IMG/VR virus record: IMGVR_UViG_3300045988_106851
Coordinates: 1 to 64,000 of that record
Length of the DNA stretch: 64,000 bases
Strand: one strand, 5' to 3'
Source: a virus
Below, piece after piece: positions 24,597 through 33,509 of this stretch. Positions within the stretch are counted from its first letter, which is position 1. Each line of letters opens with the position of its first letter. A program made the translations under genes and the position numbers. The notes below the pieces were generated by a model. That model ran no database searches and had not been told where the DNA came from. It worked only from the letters and a program-made list of their open reading frames with translations.

Positions 24597-24967
24597 ATTT
24601 AATAGATGCTCTTGAGGAAAGTAATGATAAAAATATCGAATTATCTGATGAGCGCGCAATACAAGTAGAACCTATAAACGGTGATGGAAATGCCATTCTT
24701 GCTATACAACAAAAGAAAATCCAACGACTGGATGAAGAGATAAAAGACCTGAAACAGGACAGGGAACAGAGAAAAGTATTAAGCTATGCCTTATTTGGCT
24801 TTATGTGTTTCTATATGCTTGTGGCATTGTTTATTGTGTTCTGCTGTGGCTTCGGATGGATGTATCTTTCTGACAAGGTGCTAATAACGCTAATGACCAC
24901 GACATTGGCAGACGTTATAGGCATATTTGGTTTTGTTGCAAAATATCTATATCATAACAAACCATAG
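24584..24967 (+). CDS. small membrane protein, candidate toxin partner of the Panacea-domain gene
   Basis: Overlaps the upstream gene by 13 nt. Has a coiled-coil N-terminus and two C-terminal TM helices (LSYALFGFMCFYMLVALFIVFCC and LITLMTTTLADVIGIFGFV). Confidence 0.45.
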   Translation: MGKLDLIDALEESNDKNIELSDERAIQVEPINGDGNAILAIQQKKIQRLDEEIKDLKQDREQRKVLSYALFGFMCFYMLVALFIVFCCGFGWMYLSDKVLITLMTTTLADVIGIFGFVAKYLYHNKP

Positions 24968-25068
24968 TTAGGGAGCTTCGCTTCGCATTGCCCCCCTTTC
25001 TTCTTTTCAAGCGGTATTCCACTCATCGGAGTGCCGCTTTTGTCGTACAATACAAATTGAAGAACAAC

Positions 25069-25356
25069 ATGAAATACAAGAGACTATTGGAATACTACGT
25101 CAACAAAAGGCTTGAAGCCTTGACCGACGTCGATGACTACGCCCCCGAGAAGCTAACCCTATCAAACCTGCGATGGTTTCTGAGGCACGTGGACAGTGTC
25201 GACGTGGTGTTGGCCAAGCTACGCACGATGGTTGACGCTGGCAAGAAGAGAAAGGCGTACCTGTCAAGGTTCGGCGTAACCGATGACGGATTAGAATACG
25301 TCGAGGCAGAAGACAAGATCGGCAGGGAATGCCTGGGCATCCTGCAAGTGAAATAA
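25069..25356 (+). CDS. hypothetical protein
   Basis: ATG at 25069 (MKYKRLLEYY). The track ORF opens earlier with a non-ATG codon. Confidence 0.45.
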   Translation: MKYKRLLEYYVNKRLEALTDVDDYAPEKLTLSNLRWFLRHVDSVDVVLAKLRTMVDAGKKRKAYLSRFGVTDDGLEYVEAEDKIGRECLGILQVK

Positions 25357-25381
25357 AAGACTTATAAAAAAATGGGAAAAC

Positions 25382-25603
25382 ATGAAAAAGTTTGAGTACA
25401 GATTAGAGTTGTACCAATTCAAGGTCAATAACGACTTAGCCTCCAACATCGAGAAGGCCTTTCGCAAGGAGGGGCTGAACGGTTGGGAGCTGGTACAATG
25501 GGAAGGAGCGCAAGGCACGATAGGGGGCTTACGTTCTTTATGTGACCTCACCGCAGACACCGTGTCTATTATCGCCACTTGGAAGAGGGAGGTGGAACAA
25601 TGA
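25382..25603 (+). CDS. DUF4177-like protein
   Basis: MKKFEYRLE...FRKEGLNGWELVQWEG resembles DUF4177 (recollection-level match). Confidence 0.45.
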   Translation: MKKFEYRLELYQFKVNNDLASNIEKAFRKEGLNGWELVQWEGAQGTIGGLRSLCDLTADTVSIIATWKREVEQ

Positions 25604-25812
25604 AAATCCGTCTCGCTAAGAAAATCATGGCGCAACAGCCTTACGGCTGCGGCGGGAAGATGGTCAACAAGCACCCCATGCGCTATTGGCACTGGCGATG
25701 GCTCGAATGGTACAACAAGCTGCATCGAACACCATACAAGCTGCGAGGGTTGGTGCTGGACCACCGTCTCATAAAGGCAATGAAAATGTTGAGAAGAAGG
25801 TCTGGAGGATAG
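25600..25812 (+). CDS. small protein (MKIRLAKKIM family)
   Basis: ATGA overlap with the upstream gene. Paralogue of the 18380-18553 product. Confidence 0.45.
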   Translation: MKIRLAKKIMAQQPYGCGGKMVNKHPMRYWHWRWLEWYNKLHRTPYKLRGLVLDHRLIKAMKMLRRRSGG

Positions 25813-25820
25813 CTACATGA

Positions 25821-25865
25821 AAGGGCATGATTGTCTTTCGATAGTCTTGCCCTTACTTTTTATTA
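25821..25865 (+). terminator. intrinsic terminator closing the early plus-strand operon
   Basis: Stem AAGGGCA (25821-25827) / TGCCCTT (25848-25854) followed by ACTTTTTATT. Overlaps the integrase stop codon. Confidence 0.5.
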
Positions 25866-27022
25866 TAAAGCACGTAATCTATCACTTTACGATTGGCCTC
25901 ATCTATTTTATTCTGGTCTTTCTTGATATATACATTTGTTATTTTATGTCCGCCTTTATGGCCTAAGCAGTCTGCTATAATATCAATACTGATACCAATT
26001 TGATAAGCTATGGTCGCAAATGAATGCCTTGCCCAATATGTCGTAATCTTAGGCAAGCCGAGCTCAGAGCTTATATTGCGCAACATCTTGTTTATATTAA
26101 TTTCAAAGTTCTTGCAATCCTTTTCGCCATCAAAGACATTTAAGAGATGCTTTTCGCCTTTGTAACGGTTGATAATTTCAAGTGCCTCTGGTTCTACCTT
26201 AATATCATAAAGCGTCCCAGTCTTTGACCGTCGATAAATTACCCTCCCATTCTCGATTGAAGATAAACCGAATAAATCAATTATGTTAATTCCCATCAAG
26301 AAAAATACAAGAAAGAATATATCACGATATTTTGTGCGTAACCGAGAAAGTTTCGCATTATATAAAGTTCTCAACTCTTCGACGGTTAACGCTCTTTTTT
26401 TCGTCTCTTCCATCCGTATGGTGTACATATCAAAGACATACTCTTTTAGTAATCCTTTTTTGCGAGCAAAGTTAAGGACGGCACGAATATTCATTAGCCG
26501 TATGGCGATGGTATTTTTGGAATTACCATTTTTTTTCAAAAAAGAGACAAAACTATTAATCCAGTCTATATCAATGTCCGAAAGCAACAGGCTATCGTAA
26601 TCACAGAATGCAGAAATTTTTGATTCTGTGTATAAATAGATATTCTTTGTCCCTTGCCTGTCTTTTGTAGAGAGCAACTCTTGGAATTGGGTCTTAAGCA
26701 AATAATCATTATCTGGCTCGCCTTCGCCAGACAAAAATTGAGCAAGCCGCCTATTTGAAAAGCTACGAAGTTTTCCTTCCTCTCTAAGTTCTTCAATTTT
26801 ATCGTTGACGTAAGTCACCTTTTTTGATAGTCTTAGATTGTCTATGCGCTGGCTTTGCCTTTTCTTTATCTTACTATTAGCCACATCCCATTCTTTCTCT
26901 TCAAGTTCAAAACCTGTAGAGAGGTAAAAAGCACCGCCATTCCGAGCGACCTTGATTTTTAATGGATATTTACCATTTTTCAAGCGATACCTCTTATCCA
27001 ATTTTACTGTAACTTTTATCAT
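25853..27022 (-). CDS. int: tyrosine-type site-specific integrase
   Basis: N-terminal arm-binding-like MIKVTVKLDKRYRLKNGKYPLKIKV. C-terminal catalytic region ARHSFATIAY...CLGHKGGHKITNVYI contains R, H-x-x-R-like and Y elements. Confidence 0.85.
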   Translation of the reverse strand: MIKVTVKLDKRYRLKNGKYPLKIKVARNGGAFYLSTGFELEEKEWDVANSKIKKRQSQRIDNLRLSKKVTYVNDKIEELREEGKLRSFSNRRLAQFLSGEGEPDNDYLLKTQFQELLSTKDRQGTKNIYLYTESKISAFCDYDSLLLSDIDIDWINSFVSFLKKNGNSKNTIAIRLMNIRAVLNFARKKGLLKEYVFDMYTIRMEETKKRALTVEELRTLYNAKLSRLRTKYRDIFFLVFFLMGINIIDLFGLSSIENGRVIYRRSKTGTLYDIKVEPEALEIINRYKGEKHLLNVFDGEKDCKNFEININKMLRNISSELGLPKITTYWARHSFATIAYQIGISIDIIADCLGHKGGHKITNVYIKKDQNKIDEANRKVIDYVLYNKK

Positions 27023-27296
27023 TTTGCTCTTTACTATTTTGCATTATATTTGCACGTTTGTTTGTACGAAATGAACACAATTGCCCAAAAATGGCAAAAG
27101 CGATAAAGAAGGTATGTGGTAGCAAAGATAAGCATTTCTCGTGTTTTTTCGCCTATTTATGCCAATTAATATCAAATTCAAAGGCATATCTTGAAGAAAA
27201 GCTGCACAAAAAGTATATCTTACTAAGTACCAGCGCATTACTTCCTTTAGCTACAAAGTCCTTGCACGTTTTTCACATCTTTCTTTAATTGGAAAA

Positions 27297-27932
27297 TTAT
27301 TTAATGGTAATACAGCAGCGTACACGATACCAACCTTTTATATCCTTGAAGGACACGGAGAAATCTGCGAAATTGGGGTTCACAGAACGGCACACGACTT
27401 CAGCTTGGTTATCCTTGCTGGGGTATATGTCTTTCAAAATTGGACCATTAATAGTGTCGAGCACATACGAATGCCCCCATTCGATGAATGTCTTTTCATC
27501 GATTTTCTGAACGAGCACCTTGCTACCATTAGGGAACTCAGGAGACATACTGTCACCCATAACGGCAAGCGCAAGGTTCACACTCTCAACGGGCGACAGT
27601 ATCATCTCACATTTATGCTTCGCTATCTGTTGCTCAAAGCTCTCGGAAGAACTACCTTGTGAAGCTATAGGCAAAAGAGGTACATAATAAGAGTTGACGT
27701 TACTTGCCATTTTCGGCAGCACACCCTCGTTAAGCATATTGCCATTACCAGACGCAAGCCAGTCTATATTTATCTCTGGGTATGTCTGCTCCATTGCCCT
27801 TGCGACCTTCCGAGTTAAATATTTCGTGTTATAGAAATGGCTTATGCTCAGCCCAAGACTTTCCTGGAACCGCACCATAGACATATTTTTATACTTGGCG
27901 ATTTCTTTCGCTCTTTCAGTTAACGTACTCAT
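27297..27932 (-). CDS. CI/LexA-like repressor (HTH plus S24 peptidase domain)
   Basis: N-terminal HTH-like segment and C-terminal S24 signature AVMGDSMSPEFPNGSKVLVQK (Ser-Lys dyad context). Confidence 0.8.
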   Translation of the reverse strand: MSTLTERAKEIAKYKNMSMVRFQESLGLSISHFYNTKYLTRKVARAMEQTYPEINIDWLASGNGNMLNEGVLPKMASNVNSYYVPLLPIASQGSSSESFEQQIAKHKCEMILSPVESVNLALAVMGDSMSPEFPNGSKVLVQKIDEKTFIEWGHSYVLDTINGPILKDIYPSKDNQAEVVCRSVNPNFADFSVSFKDIKGWYRVRCCITIK

Positions 27933-27991
27933 ATAATATTAAAAATAATATAAATAATAATAGTTATTAATAGTATCTGAAATATTTTTAT

Positions 27992-27999
27992 TAATTTTG
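27992..27999 (+). promoter_or_regulatory. rightward early promoter candidate (TAATTTTG)
   Basis: TAnnTTTG in the AT-rich divergent region between the repressor and the early genes. Confidence 0.35.
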
Positions 28000-28031
28000 C
28001 TCTCGAAATAAGAGATAAGTATTTTACGTTG

Positions 28032-28039
28032 CAAATATA
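28032..28039 (-). promoter_or_regulatory. leftward repressor promoter candidate (TATATTTG on the minus strand)
   Basis: CAAATATA on the plus strand equals TAnnTTTG on the minus strand. It lies to the right of the rightward box, so the two transcripts would overlap. Confidence 0.3.
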
Positions 28040-28079
28040 CGTAATATATATTATTCAATATATTAATTTATAGTTAATT

Positions 28080-28253
28080 ATGGTTATTAAATCACAAAAA
28101 GAAAAAGAGAAACTTATCTGCGCCGCCATAGACAAATACCTTGGGAACGGCTTGAAGAAGTCAGAGGCAGTTCGCCGCGTAATGTCTGATTTTAACTATT
28201 TGACAGAAGCAGCGATTTACAACATTTACAAACGTAACAAGAAAGGAGTATAA
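28080..28253 (+). CDS. 57-aa early protein (Cro-position)
   Basis: Not in the track. ATG at 28080 gives MVIKSQKEKEKLICAAIDKYLGNGLKKSEAVRRVMSDFNYLTEAAIYNIYKRNKKGV. First gene transcribed divergently from the repressor. Confidence 0.4.
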   Translation: MVIKSQKEKEKLICAAIDKYLGNGLKKSEAVRRVMSDFNYLTEAAIYNIYKRNKKGV

Positions 28254-28254
28254 C

Positions 28255-28452
28255 ATGATTAATGAGCCCCCTGACGTAAGACCGAAAGGACGCTACTCTA
28301 TTAGCGAGACTGCGAAGAAACTACAGATAAGCGTCACAACAGTTTATCGCTACATTAAGAACGGAGTGATAAAAAATATGGCTCGTGCTAATGGAAGGAC
28401 TGTTATTATGGGTTCTGAAATCACACGATTCTGGGGTGGAGAGTATCTTTAA
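28255..28452 (+). CDS. helix-turn-helix (excisionase/MerR-like) DNA-binding protein
   Basis: YSISETAKKLQISVTTVYRYIKNGVI is a typical HTH_17-type segment. Confidence 0.6.
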   Translation: MINEPPDVRPKGRYSISETAKKLQISVTTVYRYIKNGVIKNMARANGRTVIMGSEITRFWGGEYL

Positions 28453-28463
28453 AAAATATACAT

Positions 28464-28832
28464 ATGGAAGAAAAGGTCAAGAATGCCATCGACTTCTTAA
28501 CATCTCTCGGGTATGAGATTATAGAGCCGCAATCTATAAGCGTCATAAACCAAGAGTTTGAAACATGGTGGCAGATTTACAACAAGAAAAGAGGCAAGAG
28601 CAAATGCATGCGGAAGTGGGCACACATGCCTAAGAAAGACAGGAGGGCATGTCTTGAAGCGACACCAAGATACGTTGCGTCTATTACGAATAAGGTCTAT
28701 CAGAAAGACCCTCTGACGTATCTTAACGGAAGAGCATGGGAAGATGAAGTCTACACCGAATTTGGAGAACAACAAAAGCATGATGGATTTATCTTTGCAA
28801 AAACAGCAGCAGCGGTATTTAACGCGGACTGA
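28464..28832 (+). CDS. hypothetical early protein
   Basis: 122-codon ORF. Contains WWQIYNKKRGKSKC...YLNGRAWEDE. Confidence 0.45.
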   Translation: MEEKVKNAIDFLTSLGYEIIEPQSISVINQEFETWWQIYNKKRGKSKCMRKWAHMPKKDRRACLEATPRYVASITNKVYQKDPLTYLNGRAWEDEVYTEFGEQQKHDGFIFAKTAAAVFNAD

Positions 28833-29337
28833 CGATGAACAATTGATTGTAAAAAAATTTCCGCTTCTAAGCAAGCGGAAAGAACCAATCCCATCTTTAT
28901 CTGAAGCCGTAAAAGATATGAACTCGCTAATATGTATTGACAGAAGTTTTGGTGATGGTGTCTCTTTAAAATGGATAAAGGCGCAACTACTTGACCTCTT
29001 TAGAATATGTGGAGCAGGAAATGTTATCTCAGATTATCAAATTGTGATTATCGCGAGACGAATAAGGAAGGTTTACTTCTATCTATCGTTAAGTGAACTC
29101 ACTTATTTCTTCGAGTCATTCATTGGTGGGTGTTTCGGGATGTTGTTCGTTGGTAAGACAGTTAATCCGCAAAACCTTATGATTGCTTTAAGGAATTTCG
29201 ATAACGAACGAACCAACTTTTTTACAGAATCTCAACAAGAGCAACATGACGTTACAGGGGAGGCAGCGAAAGCTAACAGAAGCATGATTAATGAAATATG
29301 TGAAAGGATAAAGAAGAACTTAACAAAACGTATTTAA
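28744..29337 (+). CDS. hypothetical early protein (start uncertain)
   Basis: The ORF overlaps the previous gene. Candidate ATGs are at 28780 and 28918. Confidence 0.45.
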   Translation: MKSTPNLENNKSMMDLSLQKQQQRYLTRTDDEQLIVKKFPLLSKRKEPIPSLSEAVKDMNSLICIDRSFGDGVSLKWIKAQLLDLFRICGAGNVISDYQIVIIARRIRKVYFYLSLSELTYFFESFIGGCFGMLFVGKTVNPQNLMIALRNFDNERTNFFTESQQEQHDVTGEAAKANRSMINEICERIKKNLTKRI

Positions 29338-29355
29338 TAACTCAAACTTATAATT

Positions 29356-30198
29356 ATGGAAGCAACACAAGTAGCAAAAAAAACAAGCAATATGACATTG
29401 GGTGAGTTGATGCACTCCCCGGCCGTAGTCGGAAAACTTAACGAGGTGTGGGGAAGTCCACAGATGGCTAACAGCTTCTTATCATCCGTCATCTCTGTGG
29501 GCAATGGCACTCCGAAACTCCGTAAGGCAGAGCCAATGAGCATTATCGGAGCGGCCATGGTAGCGGCAACCATGCAACTGCAAGTCATACCGACTTTGGG
29601 ACAGTGCTATATCATCCCTTACGGCAACAAGGCACAGTTTCAGATTGGCTACCTCGGCCTCCTCCAGCTCTGCCAACGCAGCGGGCAGTTCAAGAAAATC
29701 CTCGCCGCTCCTGTACACGAGGGCGAGTACGTCTCTGGCGACGAGTTTGATGAGGATTACGTCTTCGACAGGAAGCAACGCAAGTCCGACAAGGTTATCG
29801 GCTATATGGCCAAGTTCGAGCTTCTTAACGGCTTCACCAAGGTCGCTTACTGGGATGTTGACAAGGTTAAGGCCCACGCGCAGAAGTTTTCGCAAGCTCT
29901 CCACTCTGGTTATGATACACCGTGGAAGTCCGATTTTGACGCCATGGCAATGAAAACGGTTCTCAAGTCCATCTTGAAGTTCGCCCCAAAGTCCATCGAG
30001 ATGCAAGCGGCTGTCACGTTCGATCAAGCGGTCGTCAACACCAATACTCCCGCCACCTCTGACGTGCAAGACCTCGACATCGACGCTTTCACGCCCGAGT
30101 ATGTTGACAATATCGAAAGGGAGAAGAAAGAGAATATCGCTGCCAAGGCCGCCGAAGCAGCCAAGGCGGAGATTAAGAATGAAAGCAAGAAGGCATGA
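29356..30198 (+). CDS. recT: RecT-family single-strand annealing protein
   Basis: GQCYIIPYGNKAQFQIGYLGLLQLCQRSGQFK is the RecT core signature. Confidence 0.85.
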   Translation: MEATQVAKKTSNMTLGELMHSPAVVGKLNEVWGSPQMANSFLSSVISVGNGTPKLRKAEPMSIIGAAMVAATMQLQVIPTLGQCYIIPYGNKAQFQIGYLGLLQLCQRSGQFKKILAAPVHEGEYVSGDEFDEDYVFDRKQRKSDKVIGYMAKFELLNGFTKVAYWDVDKVKAHAQKFSQALHSGYDTPWKSDFDAMAMKTVLKSILKFAPKSIEMQAAVTFDQAVVNTNTPATSDVQDLDIDAFTPEYVDNIEREKKENIAAKAAEAAKAEIKNESKKA

Positions 30199-30887
30199 TT
30201 AACACTTCCGACAGCCAGCACGATATATCTTGGTATCGTGCGAGGCTGGGTAATTTGACAGGCTCCAAGATTTCTGACATCATGAAGTCTGGGCGCAAGA
30301 AGGGCGAGGCGTTTTCCGATACCGCCAAGACATACCTTTATCAAGTGGCGGGCGAACGCCTCTTCAACCCCGACTTCCTTAACGACGATGAGGTGTTCTC
30401 TGACTACCTCGACGAGACAAGCGTCACCTCCAAGGCGATGCGATGGGGAACAGAGCAAGAGGATGCGGCACGGCGACTGACATCCGACATCCTCGGCTAC
30501 GACATCGAGGAGGTGAGCCTTTGCGCCCACGACACCATACCACACTTCGCCGCCTCACCCGATGGCATGATACGCAACATTGATGGCGAGGGGCACCTTG
30601 GGGTGCTCGAAATCAAGTGCCCCAACATCGGCACGTTCATGCGCTACAAGGCTCTCGTGCATGATGCCGCCTCGCTCAAGGACACTAAGCCTGAATACTA
30701 TTGGCAGATGATGGCGGAGATGGATTGCACGGGGGCTGTAAGCGGTGTGTTCGCCACTTATTGCCCATGGTTATCCAAGCCGTTCCATTACGCCAACATA
30801 GAACGAGTGGAAGACGACATCAAGCTCATGGAAGAGCGTGTCCTGCTCGCTAACGAGTTCATAGGCAAGATTATTAATTCTTTATAA
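30195..30887 (+). CDS. YqaJ-like viral recombinase exonuclease (PD-(D/E)XK)
   Basis: WYRARLGNLTGSKISDIM...WGTEQEDAARR...ASPDGMI...LEIKCP. ATGA overlap with recT. Confidence 0.85.
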   Translation: MINTSDSQHDISWYRARLGNLTGSKISDIMKSGRKKGEAFSDTAKTYLYQVAGERLFNPDFLNDDEVFSDYLDETSVTSKAMRWGTEQEDAARRLTSDILGYDIEEVSLCAHDTIPHFAASPDGMIRNIDGEGHLGVLEIKCPNIGTFMRYKALVHDAASLKDTKPEYYWQMMAEMDCTGAVSGVFATYCPWLSKPFHYANIERVEDDIKLMEERVLLANEFIGKIINSL

Positions 30888-30889
30888 TG

Positions 30890-30923
30890 ACAAAGGCGAA
30901 ACGCATTCTTGTTTCGCCTTTGT
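30890..30923. terminator. bidirectional intrinsic terminator between convergent genes
   Basis: Perfect 13-bp stem ACAAAGGCGAAAC / GTTTCGCCTTTGT with an 8-nt loop. Confidence 0.7.
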
Positions 30924-30929
30924 TAAATT

Positions 30930-31427
30930 CTATTCTTTCTCAGACAATAATCTCCACGCTTTTTCCCCGTGGAATTGTGAATCATCGTCATTAAGCCAGT
31001 TAACAGCGAGCTCACAATATTTAATTAACAAAAACTCGTCCTCTTCATTATACCACCATGCGTGTAATAAGTTGTGGAAATTTGCGATGGTATCGTTAAG
31101 AACCACAGCAAAATCATGCTCATTATACCCTGCCAAATGCTCTTGATAGTCCTCGTAAAGCTCACGACATTTCGTCTCAGAAATGAAAGGGGCGTAATTA
31201 GTCGTTCCGTCTTCTGACACATAATACATACGAGAAATACGCTCTTTTGCGCTTGCATGGTCAAAATGCTTACCTAACAAAGCTTCTCGAATAATGGAAG
31301 CTAAAGTCATTTCCTCTTTCTTAGACATTTTGCTATCTAAGACATTTGCAAGAATAGCAATTACCCTATTCTTCGCTTGTGCATCTTTACTTGAATACAC
31401 AGTTTGCAATAATTCAATCATAAGCAA
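30930..31427 (-). CDS. hypothetical protein
   Basis: 165-codon ORF, visibly AT-richer than the genes upstream of it. Confidence 0.45.
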   Translation of the reverse strand: MLMIELLQTVYSSKDAQAKNRVIAILANVLDSKMSKKEEMTLASIIREALLGKHFDHASAKERISRMYYVSEDGTTNYAPFISETKCRELYEDYQEHLAGYNEHDFAVVLNDTIANFHNLLHAWWYNEEDEFLLIKYCELAVNWLNDDDSQFHGEKAWRLLSEKE

Positions 31428-31443
31428 TCTGTAATTTAAATTG

Positions 31444-31842
31444 TTATTTTGCCCAAACTACCATCATCTCTTCGCATAGTTTCCCCATTACATAGCAAGG
31501 CTCCTCTTCCTGCATGTCTATGCCATCGTTACCGCAGACGTGCGCTACGACATGGAACAGCTCATGCCCTATGGTGTTGGCCATGCTCGCTTGGGATGGA
31601 GACCGCCCGATTGCTACCACGCTTTGCCGAAGCCTCACGTTGGAGTATGTAAGCCCACGCTCGTCGCTGTCCTTGGCGAGATGTCTTCGTGCCTCAAGGA
31701 GTGCGTCCACTTCACAGCCGATAACTTCAAGGGCATTGCATATCTCATCAACGTCTTCCTCGTCATAACCGATGAAGCACGTCACACCCCACTCGTACCT
31801 GTCAAGGGTTATCTCGCTCCTTGTCATAGCACGTCGTCCCAC
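31444..31842 (-). CDS. HExxH-motif protein (putative small metallopeptidase-like)
   Basis: NTIGHELFHVVAHVCG contains HELFH. Confidence 0.4.
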   Translation of the reverse strand: MGRRAMTRSEITLDRYEWGVTCFIGYDEEDVDEICNALEVIGCEVDALLEARRHLAKDSDERGLTYSNVRLRQSVVAIGRSPSQASMANTIGHELFHVVAHVCGNDGIDMQEEEPCYVMGKLCEEMMVVWAK

Positions 31843-32255
31843 GGTATCGGTAAACCGTTATGGCAACAGTCGGCGTAGAAGCGGTTGAACACGAATCCGT
31901 CCTTCTGGTCAACGTCATCAACCACATCTTTTATATACTGTGCCATGCCTACCTCGTCCTTGATGGAGCTTCCCCAGAAGTCAGCCTTCACCATATTCGC
32001 CACATAAACGTGGTCATAGCCGACAAGGTTATCCAGCTTTACGGAGTTGGCGGCAAGCATATCCTCCACCTTGTCTTTCGTAAGCGGCTCTATTGGCTCT
32101 TCCTTGCCAGTAGCCTTGCCGACCTTGCGCATGAGGCTCACCGCCCAGTCGCACATCTTCTTGTTGAAGTGATAGCCATTGTAGCGCAGATAGGCTATCA
32201 TGCCTTCTGGCTTCATGTCGTACACGTCCAACGGCATTCTGCATCTTCCTCCCAT
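31824..32255 (-). CDS. hypothetical protein
   Basis: The first ATGs are at 32255 and 32237. The track ORF opens with TTG at 32339. Confidence 0.4.
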   Translation of the reverse strand: MGGRCRMPLDVYDMKPEGMIAYLRYNGYHFNKKMCDWAVSLMRKVGKATGKEEPIEPLTKDKVEDMLAANSVKLDNLVGYDHVYVANMVKADFWGSSIKDEVGMAQYIKDVVDDVDQKDGFVFNRFYADCCHNGLPIPWDDVL

Positions 32256-32314
32256 AGTTTGACTATTTTTTAAGACAGGTAAGGAAACAGATTTCCCTAC
32301 CTGTCGGTTATTAC

Positions 32315-32584
32315 TTAGTAGCGGTCGCTGCCATGCCAACCGCCACCACGACGTTCTCCATAACGTCCGCCATCGTCGTAGTCCATGCCACGCTCATAGC
32401 GTCCGCGTCCATTATCACGTCCCCAGTCCCGATAGTCGGGCATGGGTTCGCGCTCGCCCATGCGTCCCTCACCGTTCCTCAGGCTGTCAATACACGACAT
32501 CACCTTGCCGCCATACCTCAGCATCTTCTCGGCGTTCTCGGCAAGTTCGTCCATCTTGTTCTCCGTTATCTCTATCATGTACAT
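32315..32584 (-). CDS. hypothetical protein with an RG/GY-rich tail
   Basis: C-terminus RDWGRDNGRGRYERGMDYDDGGRYGERRGGGWHGSDRY. Confidence 0.45.
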   Translation of the reverse strand: MYMIEITENKMDELAENAEKMLRYGGKVMSCIDSLRNGEGRMGEREPMPDYRDWGRDNGRGRYERGMDYDDGGRYGERRGGGWHGSDRY

Positions 32585-32596
32585 AGTCTTGTCTCT

Positions 32597-33151
32597 TTAG
32601 TCGCTTCCGCTTGACTTCTTCAACGCTTTGTGAAGCATCGCCTCAATGTTCGACAACGTGCCCTCCATGCCGCAAACCTTGCTTTCGAGTTGCGTTATCT
32701 TCTCCTGTTGTGCCTTGTCCTTGGCTATCTGTGGGTTGAGCACGCACAGCATGCTCTCGCAGCTCTTAACCACTTTCTCGTGGTATGCCTTGCTGTCAAG
32801 AACCTCTTTCGAGTGCCTTAGCATGGCCTCCACTTCCGACATCATCGCTTCCCTGCTTTCCGACACCACCACGTTGCCCGTGTTGGCTATCTGCCCATTG
32901 GCAGGGAGTTGCTTAAACTCCAGCTCGCCGTTGTTGGTCTTAACTTTCACGTCCACCGTCGTCTCCATCGGTTGTGGATTGTACTGGCCCGGCTGATACG
33001 TCGGGAACTTGGGCTGTGGGTTGCTCACGCTCACCACTTGGCCTATCGTCAGCGTCGGCTCGCCCGTCTTGTCGAGCACGTAGAATATTGAGTTTTGCCT
33101 TAATCCTTGAAACATGTTGAAGTCCTGTTTTAGCGTTCTGTTATAATACAA
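32597..33151 (-). CDS. hypothetical protein with a coiled-coil C-terminus
   Basis: 184-codon ORF. An alternative ATG is at 33115 (MFQGLRQ). Confidence 0.45.
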   Translation of the reverse strand: MYYNRTLKQDFNMFQGLRQNSIFYVLDKTGEPTLTIGQVVSVSNPQPKFPTYQPGQYNPQPMETTVDVKVKTNNGELEFKQLPANGQIANTGNVVVSESREAMMSEVEAMLRHSKEVLDSKAYHEKVVKSCESMLCVLNPQIAKDKAQQEKITQLESKVCGMEGTLSNIEAMLHKALKKSSGSD

Positions 33152-33488
33152 TGCCCGTCATAAGTTGAAGGGTGTTGGTGTCTCTCTCGAACCATAACTG
33201 GTACACTCCCGTACCTGCCACGTCTGCCACGGTCAACGCCGCGCCGCCGATTTTCGTCACGGCTTGCGTCACGCCGTTGGTCTCGAAGAGGATAGGCAGC
33301 GTAGGTGTCGTGCCTGTCGGTATCGCCTGTCGCAGGTTCACGAACACCGTGCCTTTGTAATTTGTGTTCACGAAGGCGTGGTTCCTGAAAGAGAACACCA
33401 CTGCATCCGTCTGTACCTTCACGGCAGTTGAGCCCACCGCTGCTGAACCTCTTCGATTGACCCATGAAAATGGATAGCCCCAAATCAT
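33141..33488 (-). CDS. hypothetical protein
   Basis: Its 115 aa have plausible composition, whereas the overlapping 33130-33573 frame is Arg-rich junk. Confidence 0.45.
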   Translation of the reverse strand: MIWGYPFSWVNRRGSAAVGSTAVKVQTDAVVFSFRNHAFVNTNYKGTVFVNLRQAIPTGTTPTLPILFETNGVTQAVTKIGGAALTVADVAGTGVYQLWFERDTNTLQLMTGIVL

Positions 33489-33509
33489 AGTCGTTCCTCC
33501 TATTGCTTA

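Noticed and set aside
27023-27296. Possible attP in the 274-bp spacer between the integrase and repressor genes
   Set aside because: Position alone suggests it. I found no tRNA-gene fragment or obvious arm-type repeats by eye, so I cannot support a call without the host sequence.
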